This document shows, one piece after another, positions 52,599-64,000 of a DNA stretch of 64,000 nt. A model generated the notes under the pieces. The model did not search any database, had not been told where the DNA came from, and saw only the letters and a list, made by a program, of their open reading frames with translations. The stretch is from Lepidodermella squamata. Its lineage: Eukaryota > Animalia > Gastrotricha. The stretch is taken from NCBI GenBank assembly GCA_047495785.1, contig JBLDXI010000040.1, forward strand, positions 186,001 to 250,000. The letters run 5' to 3'. Position numbers and translations under genes: made by a program. How positions within the stretch are numbered: position 1 is the stretch's first letter; each line of letters begins with the position of its first letter.

Positions 52599-55500
52599 TC
52601 ACCGTTGTCTGGATACAATTAAAAATGTTGATAAATTTAGGAATGTGAATAAAATTAATCGAGGCGAGTTTTGGCGATTCGCTCCGTTTGATATAATCAC
52701 CTTCTGACCGGAACGGTTTGAAGTCGAAGAGCCGCCATTCGGCTGGTCGGCATACCAAAATTGCACCTGGTCAGTTGAGTTTCCACTTGGAGCTGTAAAA
52801 TAAATATTTTAAAAATTCATAAAATTTGAATTATTAATTAAATTGATCAATAAAAAAACATAAATTGTTAAACTTTTTAAATTTAAATTAATTATTAATT
52901 TTTGAAAATTCTGTCGATTAATTTTTAAATTTTCAAAATTTTCAAATTTCAATTTTCAATTTTCAAAAAAAATGCGGGTCTCACCTGTATCATATCGGTA
53001 CGTCCTGCCAACTGCCCTGGCCTGGCTGCCACCAGACTGGCCCGAATCTTGAACCAACGGCATGGCTTGCCACAAAGTCGAACACGGCTCATCCGTACAT
53101 TTACAATCTTTCGCATTAACCGACCCACCCCGCTGCAGTAAAATCGAAACAACCCGCGGTTTTCGCTCACAAATCGCCCAATTTATCGCCGTCCGCTTGT
53201 AGTAGCTATCCTTGGCGTGAATATTAGCCTTCCGGTCTAATAAAACCCCGACAACAGCCGGCCTGTCCCAACGAGCTGCGACAATGAGGGCAGGTTGGGT
53301 GTAGCCGTAATCCGGGTAGGACTCCTCAGAATTCACGTCGAGTTTACCATCATCAATTAACAGCCTAACAACACTCGATAAATCAGCCCGAATCGCGTTG
53401 AATAACGCTGATTTGCCAACATTTCTATTCAAGGTCGCGAGAGGGCATGACGTCATTTGACCTGTTAGCAGCTTTAAAATGACGTAATCTGGGTCAGAGC
53501 AATTAGCGGTTGGGTCGTTCGGCGGCGTGAATAGCGAGCTATTTGATGTTTTATTAGGCGACTGGTCGTAAATTTGAGCGATTATTTCGCTGTCGATGAA
53601 AGGCAATTGCGTGGTGTATGACGCTGGTGGCCGCGCCGATGATCGCGCCCATGAACCAGTTTTATTAGCCCATTCGTCCATAACGGATCGAATCCAAGGT
53701 AAACCAGCGCAAATTCTTAATTAAAGAAAAAAATCAGTGAACGGCTGTTTTATTTTTTCCATAAAAATCAGGAATATTTTAATCAATTTTTTAAATTCAT
53801 GAATAAATTAGTAAAAATCGTAAAATTATGAAAACATGGAATTTGAATTTTTGGAAATTTTTCAAAATTTTCAAAATTTTATTGAACAAAATGAAAATTC
53901 TAATTTAATTTCAACTCTCTCAATTTCAAATTTTAATTCAATTTTTTTGAATTTCGAGATTTTTGAAGATTCATTGAATTTTTTCTCAATTTCAAAATAT
54001 CAATACTTCACCTGGAATAAACAGCCGGCTTGGTTCCCGTTGTGTCATTGCAGTTAATATTGCCATAAGACGTGATTCCAATGATGAAAGGCTTCGTTTT
54101 GCTATAACAAGCCAGTGGGCCCCCAGAGTCACCCCGGCACGTCTGCTCACCCGCCCTGCCTCGGGCGCACATCTTCGCCTGGCTGAAGTAGTCTTTAACG
54201 AAGGTCCGGCTGCAGATTGAAAACGGGATGAAGCTGAGTGTGACTTTTTTAAGGTTGTACGACATGTAATCGGCGGGCCCTGGGCGGCCCCATCCGGTTG
54301 CGATGGCCTCGGAGCAGCCGTCGATTTCATCGTCGTAGTCGGAGTAGGAACCATCCGGCATACAGCTATCGGGACCGGGCAGGTCGACGGGGGAAATCGT
54401 TCGAGATCGACGAACAGGCGATTTTAAACGGATTCTAAATTAAATTAAAATTTCAAAAAATTCAAAAGTAAATTCAAAATTCTCTACAATTTTAGAAAAA
54501 ATCAGAAATTTTAAAATAAATTTGAATTAAATAAATTAGCTGAAAATAAGACAATTCTCAAATTTCAAAATTCCAATTTTTCAATACGAAATTTAAAATT
54601 TCAATTTTTAAGAAAACTAACAAAGCAAAATCGTGATCGGTATTGGCGCCAGCGTAAAAATCTGGGTGAACGTAAATATCGGCCGATGACGCTGCTCGGT
54701 ACTCTTCACCCGCCTCGCCGGGTACGGATAGGTCGTGTTTGCCCAGGTAGGCGCGCACGCTGTCCGCCTTGTTTCTTCCGGTTGAGACGCAATGAGCGGC
54801 TGTAATAATCCACTGCTCGTCGATAAGCGTGGCGCCGCATGAAAATGTGTCCGTATTAGGAATATCGGTATAAAGTCGAACCTGGATTTTTTTTATAAAA
54901 TTGAACAAAAAACAACTGCATAAAAAACTGCAATAAAAACAGCAATAAAAAATAAACAGGATTTCCGGTATGAAAAAAATACAAAATTCAGGCCTGTAAA
55001 CTTGCGGCTGAACCATTGGGGTTTCGGGCTTTTTGGTAAATTACCATAAGACGTGATCCAACTGATAAATGGCTTCCCTTTACTACAACAAAGTTCCCAA
55101 CTAAATGATAAATTCAGGTAAAAATAAGCGGCGAGGTTTGAAATTCATGAGGCCTTTGAATATGCAAATGAGCGAATCTCTGATTTATTAAATTTATATT
55201 GTAAAAAATCCGGTAAATTCGGGAAAATTAAAAAAAATCAGAGAAAAGCGGAAATTTTTAATTGTCTTTTGTTGAATTTTTGAGCAAATTTTCAGCCTTG
55301 AATCTTCAAACAAATCATCAATATTGGATTTATATTTTAAAATATTCAGAACTTTGAAATTTCAAGGCTTCCAAAAAATTCAGAAAAATTCAGAAAATTA
55401 TTTTAAAATGTTCTAAAAATTGGAAATTTGATTTTAAGATGCTTACCATCCACGGAAATTCGTGTTTTTGAGCAAAAGATCCGCCGAATACAAGCCAGCC

Positions 55501-55614
55501 AACATTAGGATCGTCGACAGTTCGCCGGTCGCGCTCTAAATTCGCCGCTATTCCCAGTGAAAAATTATTCATAATAAAAATAGCGACCAGCGCGAAACTT
55601 CGAAGGTGCTCCAT
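52599..55614 (-). CDS. S1 serine protease + Cys-flanked ankyrin repeats + GPI-like tail, paralogue 2 (5 coding exons)
   Basis: Signal MEHLRSFALVAIFIMNNFSLGIA. Activation site GWL|VFGG. Triad TAAHC / DFALL / GDSGGP. YS-RICAGLPWIR splices into the ankyrin exon. Last exon 52792-52599 ends SNGANRQNSPRLILFTFLNLSTFLIVSRQR*. Confidence 0.88.
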
Positions 55615-57567
55615 TCTTTGAAAGCCCTAAATAAAAATTCAAAAATTAATTAAAAAAAATCCAATTTTTTAAAACTATTCAAGTTACGAAATTCAAAACA
55701 ATTAGATTTTCAATGGGCAGGTGCAAATTATTTAGGCATTAGGAGGGACTTGACATGCGGTTAGCTTAATCGTGAAAATCCCTTGATAAATTAGTAGATC
55801 TTACATTACAGCTAAATATCACGCTTTTACGCGCATTTTTGTTATTTTAATGGCCACAAAAATGGTCATGACTATTTTTTTGCCCATCTACGCACGCCTC
55901 TTTTTTGCATTTCCAAGCATCAATTTTATACCTGTATAACAGCTCATCAAGCTTTGCTCTCGTGTCGGCACGTGTGATTCCTTATTACACCTCCATCTAA
56001 ATAATGATGGTGGAAAAAATTTGTGGGTAATAATAATATTGTGATAAGTTTCAATCTTTATTACTTCAAGAAAAAGCGTTTTAATTCTAATAGCCCTCAC
56101 ACGACTTCGCGAATTTTAATTGCCTGCGTAATAAGGAGGTGGTCATTTTTTCTGCATTTTTTGTCAAGAGATCTTAACATATGCGTTCATATACCTGTAA
56201 TTTCGTGGTCAGCGGGCAGGAAACCCCTTCACCGGCACGAGAATCTTGTTTTTCTCCCACGAGTTTTTTTTCGTTTTTTTTTACAACACTTCTTTATGCC
56301 TGCGGTCATCAAAAAACGGCCAGATTGCGGTTGTAACAACGTGTAAAATCTTGTTTTATGATAAATGGAAAGCAGGATGAAAAAGTTGAACGCTGAGGAC
56401 AATAATTTTTTCTGCTGACTGGATACTCGTATGCGTTTTTTGAACGTATTTTTCATTCGTACTTGAACGGATTTCCGGTCATATTCCGGTCATAGTCGAT
56501 TTATTTTCAGTAATATTCTGATTTAAACCTGAGTAAGGATCATAGCTCATCTAGAAAGCTGAGATAACTTCTTATGATAAAATTTGCAGGTAAAACACAT
56601 GAAATTAGGCTTGGAAAGCTCAGGAAACCTGAAAGGTCCCGAACCCTAGATCGAACTTAATGAAAATAGGGAAAGACCCCACTGAAAATCAACGGCCAAC
56701 TGTTATTAAAAGGGACGGCTTTTGATGCAAAAAATAACATGAAATTGATAAAGCTGAATATGGAATGGCGACCTAGAATGTAACTTTGCCTGTTAGCGGA
56801 ACCAAATTTTGGAATTTTCTAGAGGCCTGGAGTCACTTTTCGGATATTTCTTGGGTGTCAAGATTGACAATAGTAATTCTGAAAAAATCACTATTAAATT
56901 CAGCGTACCATTCTCTTAAAGACTGAGCTTTCAATTCAGAACTCATGCTTCGCCTGAATTTATAGAATTATTCAAAAAGTGACACTTGGCATATTTCGAG
57001 TAAGGTTCCGCTAAAAGATATTCTGGTTTTAGTACCCTCACTACATCGAATTTTTTACTCAACTACGACTATAATAATCGTTTTTTGCTCTGGCATCAAA
57101 TTTGCTTAAAATATGGCTTTTGACGTTCATTATGACCCACGCCACGGTTTTACGACTTCTCAACAGCGTCAATTGCGCAGTGACACTTGAGCAGTGAACT
57201 GGAACTTCAATTTTATTCAGAATCGTGCAGAAATTTAATAGAATCTAATTCAAAGCATTTATATTGAATCAACAAAAAAATCAAATTTTGAATGATTTTT
57301 AACCTTTCTATATTAGTCCTGATTATTCGGTCCGGCAACAATTGGCTGTCAAATGAAAACAAACACAACAAGCAGACAACACACGCTTGACTGCACACGT
57401 TTCAAACGCGTGCGCTGTAAATCGCACTTTTCCGCGCCCTAATTCGCGCTATAAAACCCACGCAAAATCCACCTTAAAATGCAGTTATTATCATTACAAC
57501 ACATCTTACTACATACACACATTTTTGTTCAGTTTTATCTGCGGTTAAGAGCGGTTAACAATACATC

Positions 57568-58872
57568 ATGATGCTGTTCAATTTTTCTTGCTTTTTTCTT
57601 CTAATGGCTGGTGTAATGTCCCAAGAGCAAGCTATCGACAGTGCGATTCGCGAGGCGTCGCGCCGCCGTGCGCCCATCCAACTCGTCGGCTCGATTTCAG
57701 TCGCGGCCAACTCGATCTCGCAGGCATCGCCGTGCGGCGCCGACGCCAAGCTATCAATCGCTCTCGGCTCGTCGATCGAACTGTTCGAAACCACGGCCAA
57801 GGCTATCATCGGCTCATTCGGCGATATCGCCATCGAATTTCGCGATAAGCATCTGTGCGCCGATCGCAGTTGCGCGAGTGGCAATGAAGTTTTTGCTGAA
57901 TTGACGCGGCTGAACATGAAGTGTCATAAGCGCAAGTACTTTGGCGGATGTTCGCCGTTGGATTTGCTCGAGCGTGACCTGCCCAAGGCGAATGCGACCG
58001 ACTGTTCGACTCATCGCACTTACGTGCCGGCTGAACACTTCATGAAGCTCAAGGACGAGATTTTCTCGCCCGTCGAGGCCTATGAACCAACGCCCATTGC
58101 GTTCAATGTAACTGAGGCTATCGAAGAGAAGACCTTCATGTTCCAGGTAAAGTTTCATGAATGCTTCATTTCAAAAATGTATTTGAAAAATTTACGAAAT
58201 TTGAATCTGAATCTTTGAATATTGAATTTGAAAGCTGAAATTTTTTATTTCAAACATTTTCTTATCTTCTTAAAATTCTCTCTATTAGGGCTGAATTTAG
58301 GGAAAATCCGCGAATTTTTATAAAATAATAAATTTTAAATTTCAAAATTGTTCAATATTTAAAAAAATTCGAAATTAAATTTTCAATTTTTTTCAATTTT
58401 TTTCGTACTTCGGAATTATTATTCCTTTCATATTTCGAAATTGAATTTTTTTTTAAATTTCCAGGAATAATAAAAAAAAGGGTATAAGGCAGTTTGCTTT
58501 TTTCAAAATTTCAAAATTTAAATTATTCTATTTTTTCATACTTGGAAATGATTATGCCTCTGATATTCCAAAATTCAAATTGTTTGAATTTTTCAAATTT
58601 TCAAATTTTCCAAGTAAATAAATTCGATTATTTGATTGATTGTGTGCCAATTTGACCTATTTTTTTTATTGTCCACCTTATTATAGGACGGTGCGTATTC
58701 GAAATTCTTTGTCCGCAAGTTCGGCAAGGATCGCCAGGTCAACTTTTTCGGCCGTCTCGTCGACGATCTGATCGCGTACGAGAAGAACAACCGCTTCGTT
58801 GTCTACATGTGCCAGGGCGTCATCTACCCGCGATTCGACGGCGAACAGGGCTTCCGCATGCTGCCCAACTGA
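57568..58872 (+). CDS. Soluble secreted protein made of the same unrecognised 6-Cys domain as 37366-38867 (2 exons)
   Basis: Signal MMLFNFSCFFLLMAGVMS. Exon 1 to 58146 (FQ|gtaaag). Exon 2 58687-58872 reads DGAYSKFF..FFG..DD..YMCQGVIYP..LPN*. TATAAAA near 57450. Confidence 0.85.
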
Positions 58873-59201
58873 AAAAAAACTCGAAAAAATTGAACTTTGT
58901 TACCAGATTTTTTGTACCACTCTAATCGATTTTATGAAGCAATAATTAAATTTAATTAATTTTTGATAATTGACCAATCAAAATAAACAATCAACAGAAT
59001 TATCAATAACGGTGCTTATTTTTATCAAACAATTTATTTATTAAAAAAAATCAAATTTGACGCACGCTCTTCAAAAGAGTTTGTCCAATCTAAGGCAAAA
59101 ACAGAAAAATAACGAAAATCAGGGAGATAAATAATATTCAGTACTTGCTGAGACCGTTTCTCTCGAAAAATATTTTTTTAATTGATTTTTTTCGCCGATT
59201 T

Positions 59202-60587
59202 TTACACGTCATATTTAGGCGCCTTAGTAAGGCCGAGTGGTTTCCGCGATACAGCCGGCCGTCGCAGCGGCGCCCGGCGCGTCGTGGCGCCATTCATCAT
59301 GACCTTTTTCGGCACGGTAATGCGCCGCGGTCGTGAGGTTGTAGCCGCTAGGTCCGCTTGGGAGTCGCGATAATCAAAGCCGCCGTTGTCGTAGTTGTAA
59401 GGCTCTGGCCGTTGCGGCGGGTCGCAGGCGTTTTTGTATATAACAAACGTAAAACCGGAATCTGTACCGACTACAACGTAGTTCGGAATATCGTACCAAA
59501 CCTTCCAGCCTTGAGAAAAAAATTGAAGATATCGAAATTTTTTATGCCAAAAGTAACAATGAAAAACCATCAATAGATCCTAAACATATTCTTTCCATAA
59601 AATCGTGTTTTTCAGAAAACGATGATTAGGGTTTAAAGGTTAGGATTCGGTGTTAGGGTTAGGGTTAGGTGGATTAGGATTCAGTTTAAGGTTAGGTTTA
59701 TGGCTGGATAAGGGTTCAGGGTTAGGGTTAGGGTTAGGGTTAGGTTTAGGTCGATTTTCGAATTTTTCCAAGGTCGGAATTTAGGTCCCTTGCACTTCAA
59801 AAAAATTCGAAAATTAAATTTTCGAAAATTCGAAATTAAAATATTTTTAACAAACTTGAAACTTTTTTAATGCTTTCAATTATGAGGTCGATTAATGATG
59901 CAAAGGGGTAAATTATTGAGGTCGAGTAAAAGCCTGATATCAATAATTTCTAAATTTCTGAAAAAATTAATTCGTTATGGACAAAAAACAGTTCCAAGTT
60001 AAAAACAGGAAATAATTTTCTTCGAAATTTGAGTCAAATCTCAAACTCATGAATATGCAATTTAGGTCCAAATCTAAATCCATAAACTATCAAAAATTGG
60101 GAAGAAAATAGTGTATAGAATATAGTAAAATAGGAAAACTAACCGAAAAATTTGGAATCTTACTGGAATTTTTAATTTTATTTTTTTCAGAATTCTGGAG
60201 AAAAATCGTTAGAAAAACGTGGATTTGTCCAAGTTTCCATTTGTTCGCTAAATTGAGAGGAAATTTATTCCTACCTGAATCCCTGCCACCATTGCGCATA
60301 ACAATGGTGGCCCAGTAGAATCCATACGCTTGGTCGAATCTTTTGCGCACAAATTCCGACATGGCGGTTAATAGCCCGCTAACATTAGGATTACGAATGT
60401 GCGTATCAAAGTAGGTCAACGCATCTTCAACAACGGAAACGGCCCAAAATTGAAAATCAGGACTCATGCCAGCATCGGCGTAGACAACGCGCGCCATCGA
60501 CGGCGTTATGTCGCCATTAATTATCGGCCCACTTGTTATTAACAAAAAAATGAGTGCGCAAAAATTATTATTGCGTCGGCGAGGCAT
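59202..60587 (-). CDS. Signal-peptide protein with a dynein-light-chain (LC8)-like domain and a basic tail (2 exons)
   Basis: Hydrophobic FCALIFLLITSG. Domain AGMSPDFQFWAVSVVEDAL..MSEFVRKRFDQAYGFYWATIV..SG|WKVWYD..YVVV..FTFVIYK. Phase-1 intron gtagga...ctcaag. Confidence 0.7.
59626..59750 (+). repeat. Degenerate interstitial (TTAGGG)n tract in an intron
   Basis: ttagggttagggttagggttagg plus degenerate units. Confidence 0.85.
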
Positions 60588-61071
60588 AATATACACAAAA
60601 AATTATGCGCGACAATAAAAATTAAGGCGGATTTTTTTTTGTTTCAAGCAAAGCAAATTTTCAACCCTTTTCGCGCAAAATATTTGATTGCGGGTGTAAG
60701 CAAACGCTGCTTTGTGAGCTGCGAAAACATACGTGTCGCACAGGTGTGAACGTGCGGCGGCGCGCTGTTTTTTTGCGCGCAACGCCAATGTTTTTCGCAC
60801 TTTGCGCGCGCAAAAATTGACGCTTTTTCGAATATATTACCTCGCTTGCTTCCTGCCTATCAGTCATCTATAACAATATTATCGTTTATTTTTACACTTT
60901 TGACACGTGGCAGCGGTCGCAATTATACGCCAATGAATAAACAATAGAAGTAAAATAAATGCTGATAAAGACAAAAAAGATAACGGTCATAAAGGGGTAT
61001 GTAAAAAAGCGAGTTCGGACAGAGAGTTCATTACTCAATTTTTTGTACTCGTTACTGGGCTGTTGAAAAGC

Positions 61072-62743
61072 ATGTTGGCATATTTATTTGCAATTTTTGC
61101 GATTTTTGCTTGTTCCACCAACGCTGTTGGGTTGAATCAGAAGTTGCTTGTTGTGTCTTTCGATGGATTTCGGCAAATTTATTTCGATAACCGGTTCTTG
61201 CCTTGGTTCAACAAATTTCGAGACGAGGGTGTCTACGCGGCTTCGACTCAAAGCGTCTTCCCCAGCGAGACATTCCCAAACCACGTGAGCCTTTAATTTC
61301 AATAATTAAACTTTAAAAAATCTGAAAAATTTGAATTATTTTGATTAAATAATTTCTACAAATTGATAATATTTTTTCAAAATTTTCAAAATTTTTTAAA
61401 GATTTTAAAATTTTTCTAAATTATTACTTGCTAATTTATTAATTTAAAAAATAATTATTCAAGCTCCGAAATGAACGGAAATGAACAAACAAATTATTCA
61501 ATAATTTTTGGATTTTTTTCAGTGGTCCATAGTTACAGGAATGTACTCTGAAAGCCATGGAATAACCGGTAATAACATGTACGATCCTCACCTAAACGCA
61601 ACATTTTCAATGGACAATGTCGATATCGCATGGTGGGGCCAGGCCGAGCCGATTTGGATTACAGCTCGTAAACAAAATAAAAAAACTTCAGTCACCCTGT
61701 GGCCAGGGTCGGCCGTTGTTTTCCCGGGCGGGTTGACGCCGGACTATTACCGGCCTAAATACGAGTCGAATTTGCCGATGGAAACGCGAATCGATGAGGC
61801 GATTGACTATTTAACGGAGAAAAATGTCGATATGGCCTTCATTTACTACAACCAGCCTGATAATGTCGGTCAGTGAAAAAATTCGATTTTTTTCTAATTA
61901 TATAAAATTAATTAATTATTTTCAAAATTAGGCCACTCAAAAGGCCCAGATGCTACTGACACTGCGACCCAATTATCGCTATTGGACTGGTACCTGTCCT
62001 ATTTAATGACCCGGTTAGACGAGGTTGGACTCGGTACCGATAAATTGAACGTTATTCTGTGCGCTGATCACGGCATGACCAAAGTCGTTGAACGGCTCAA
62101 TCTCGAAGACTACATCAGCGTTTCAACTTACATCGAACGGGTAAATTTTAGAAAAAAATTGAAAAATTTCAAAAAAACTTCGAAAATTCTTAGATTCCGT
62201 CCTATGGTGCTGTGATGAATATTGAACCCAAGGCAGGACAATTGGACTATGTCTACAAAACTTTGTCAGCCGCGGCTAAATCGACGGGCAAATTTTCAGT
62301 TTATACCAAAGCTACGATGCCGTCTGATTTCCACTATTCGAGCAATGACCGCATTATGGAGGTCATTATTGTCTGCAATCTCGGATTTTTCATGGGACCG
62401 GTAAGCAAAAATCAATCAAGCATAAAATAAATTTTTTATGAAATTACCAAATTAATTTCGAATTTTTCTGATTTTTTTAATTTTAATTTTTGGAAATAAT
62501 TTTATAATTTTTTTTTAGAAAAAATCATCGGGTGGTAATACGGCTACGCATGGTTACTTGCCATCTGAGCGTCACATGCAGCCTCTGTTCATGGCCCGAG
62601 GCCCAGCTTTCAAAACCGGTGGCTACAAATCGACGCGGTCTTTCAAAACAAAGGACATTTACGCCATGATTGCCCACATTGTCGGCATCAGCCCGCCGCC
62701 AAATAATTCTACTCTGGCCGATGTCGCTAATTTATTCGCTTGA
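61072..62743 (+). CDS. Secreted ectonucleotide pyrophosphatase/phosphodiesterase (ENPP4-7-like), 5 exons
   Basis: Signal peptide. Motifs LLVVSFDGFR, FPSETFPNH|WSIVTG (catalytic Thr), SHGITGN, QPDNVGH, ADHGM, HGY and FMARGPAF. No C-terminal TM. Confidence 0.93.
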
Positions 62744-63133
62744 TCGATTTCTGAGAAAATCGAAAATCCTGGTGCTATTTTAAATTATCGATATTTTATA
62801 ATTGATTATTCGATTTTACAACGGTGGAATAAACATCAATATTTGCGTGTCTGGTTTTTTTATACGCTATTCCGGGTGATCGGAAAAATCATTTTTTGCG
62901 CGCTCATTAATATATTAAGGTGCGCGTTAGAGCGTGACATCTTTTTCTTTCTCACCTCGGTGGTTTATAGCAACGCAAAAAACACAAAGGAAACAATCCA
63001 TTCTTTGATCGATTTTTTTCATGTATTTCTCGCCACCTTAAAACTGAACACCGCAGCAGTTGAGTGCATTTCCCCACGCTTCGATCATTTTCTTAGGAAA
63101 TTTAATTTTTTCCACTATAGAAAATTCGTCATC

Positions 63134-63858
63134 ATGGCATCTGTTGAGGAGAATCAGGCCGAAGATGATACGTATTTTATGAGGTCGAATAGCAGTAATA
63201 CCATGCTGCTACAACCCGGTGCGCAGCCACTCAAGCGTGACCCGAGTTTTTGTGGCTACGTCGAGGATATCCGCAATGCGAATGTTCTAGAAGAGCCGGA
63301 CCAGTCGGCGTTCTACCTCGATGAAAATGTTGACCATGAAGATCCGACGCTGGTCTCGCCTAGTTCAATTAGGCAGCAAGATTTAAAGATGGTTCGCGAT
63401 TGCGAGGCGATTCCGACCAACTTGAAGGAAGAAATTTGCAGCACGCTGCAAGGTTTGAGCAAAAAAATTCAGAAAAGAATTTGTTACGAACTTCCAAAAA
63501 TTAAAAAAAAATAAAGTCACAAAAAGGGTTCGAAAATGTTCGAAAGCAATAAAAAAATTTTTTTGAGCTTGGGATTATTCATGAATTTTTCCGAATTTTT
63601 ATGAATTTCATTTTGAATTTTAAAGTTTTTTTAGAATTCGACGCGATAGATATAGGAAAAAATTCTTAAATTTTTTAAAAAATTACTCCTTTCCAAATTT
63701 TGAATTAATGGAATATTTTCTCAATTTCAGAAAGGGGAATAAAAGCGGATGATCTGGTCGCGAAATCGGAGGAAGATGTCGACTTCCTATTTCCTGATCC
63801 AACTATTCGAAAGGCGGTCGGAGACTTTCGAGGTCTGGAAATTTGGAAACGAGACAAG
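63134..63858 (+). CDS. 5' part of an unidentified intracellular protein; continues beyond the window
   Basis: ATG 63134 MASVEENQAEDD..CSTLQ, donor gtttga. Next exon 63731-63858 reads RGIKADDL..WKRDK|gtgagt. Confidence 0.6.
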
Positions 63859-64000
63859 GTGAGTGAAAAAAATCCAATCTGCAAATATTAACTTAATATA
63901 TAATAAATCAGAAAAAATTAATTAATTTAATACAATTTTTCAACTAAATAATTTTTATAAAATTCCTCAAAATTGAGGTTATGCTTCCCAAAACAATTAA

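Overview
Intron-rich eukaryotic, almost certainly invertebrate-animal, DNA: short AT-rich GT-AG introns, CCP/Sushi modules, S1 proteases, an APS-kinase-first bifunctional PAPS synthase and TTAGGG tracts. All exon joins were read by hand. 0-5 kb: a partial unknown gene and PAPSS. 9-29 kb: a transposon-riddled tandem array of a cysteine-rich secreted protein family I do not recognise, with three intact copies, three damaged copies and two orphan fragments. 29-63 kb: a block made mostly of secretory-pathway genes. It holds a secreted protein with about 13 CCP modules and two ankyrin blocks, two paralogous S1 protease + Cys-capped ankyrin + GPI-like-tail genes, and two paralogues (one membrane-bound, one soluble) of an unrecognised 6-Cys domain. 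It also holds a repeat-peptide prohormone (signal peptide + RR-EAGYEEAQ x8), an intron-containing bacterial-type KdsD/GutQ gene, a glutaminyl cyclase with a changed catalytic residue, a signal-peptide dynein-light-chain-like protein and an ENPP. The best novel-system candidate is the extracellular-ankyrin protease/CCP/6-Cys-domain module. The repeat-peptide precursor and the KdsD-like gene are independent highlights. No database searches were run; family calls rest on motifs I recognise.
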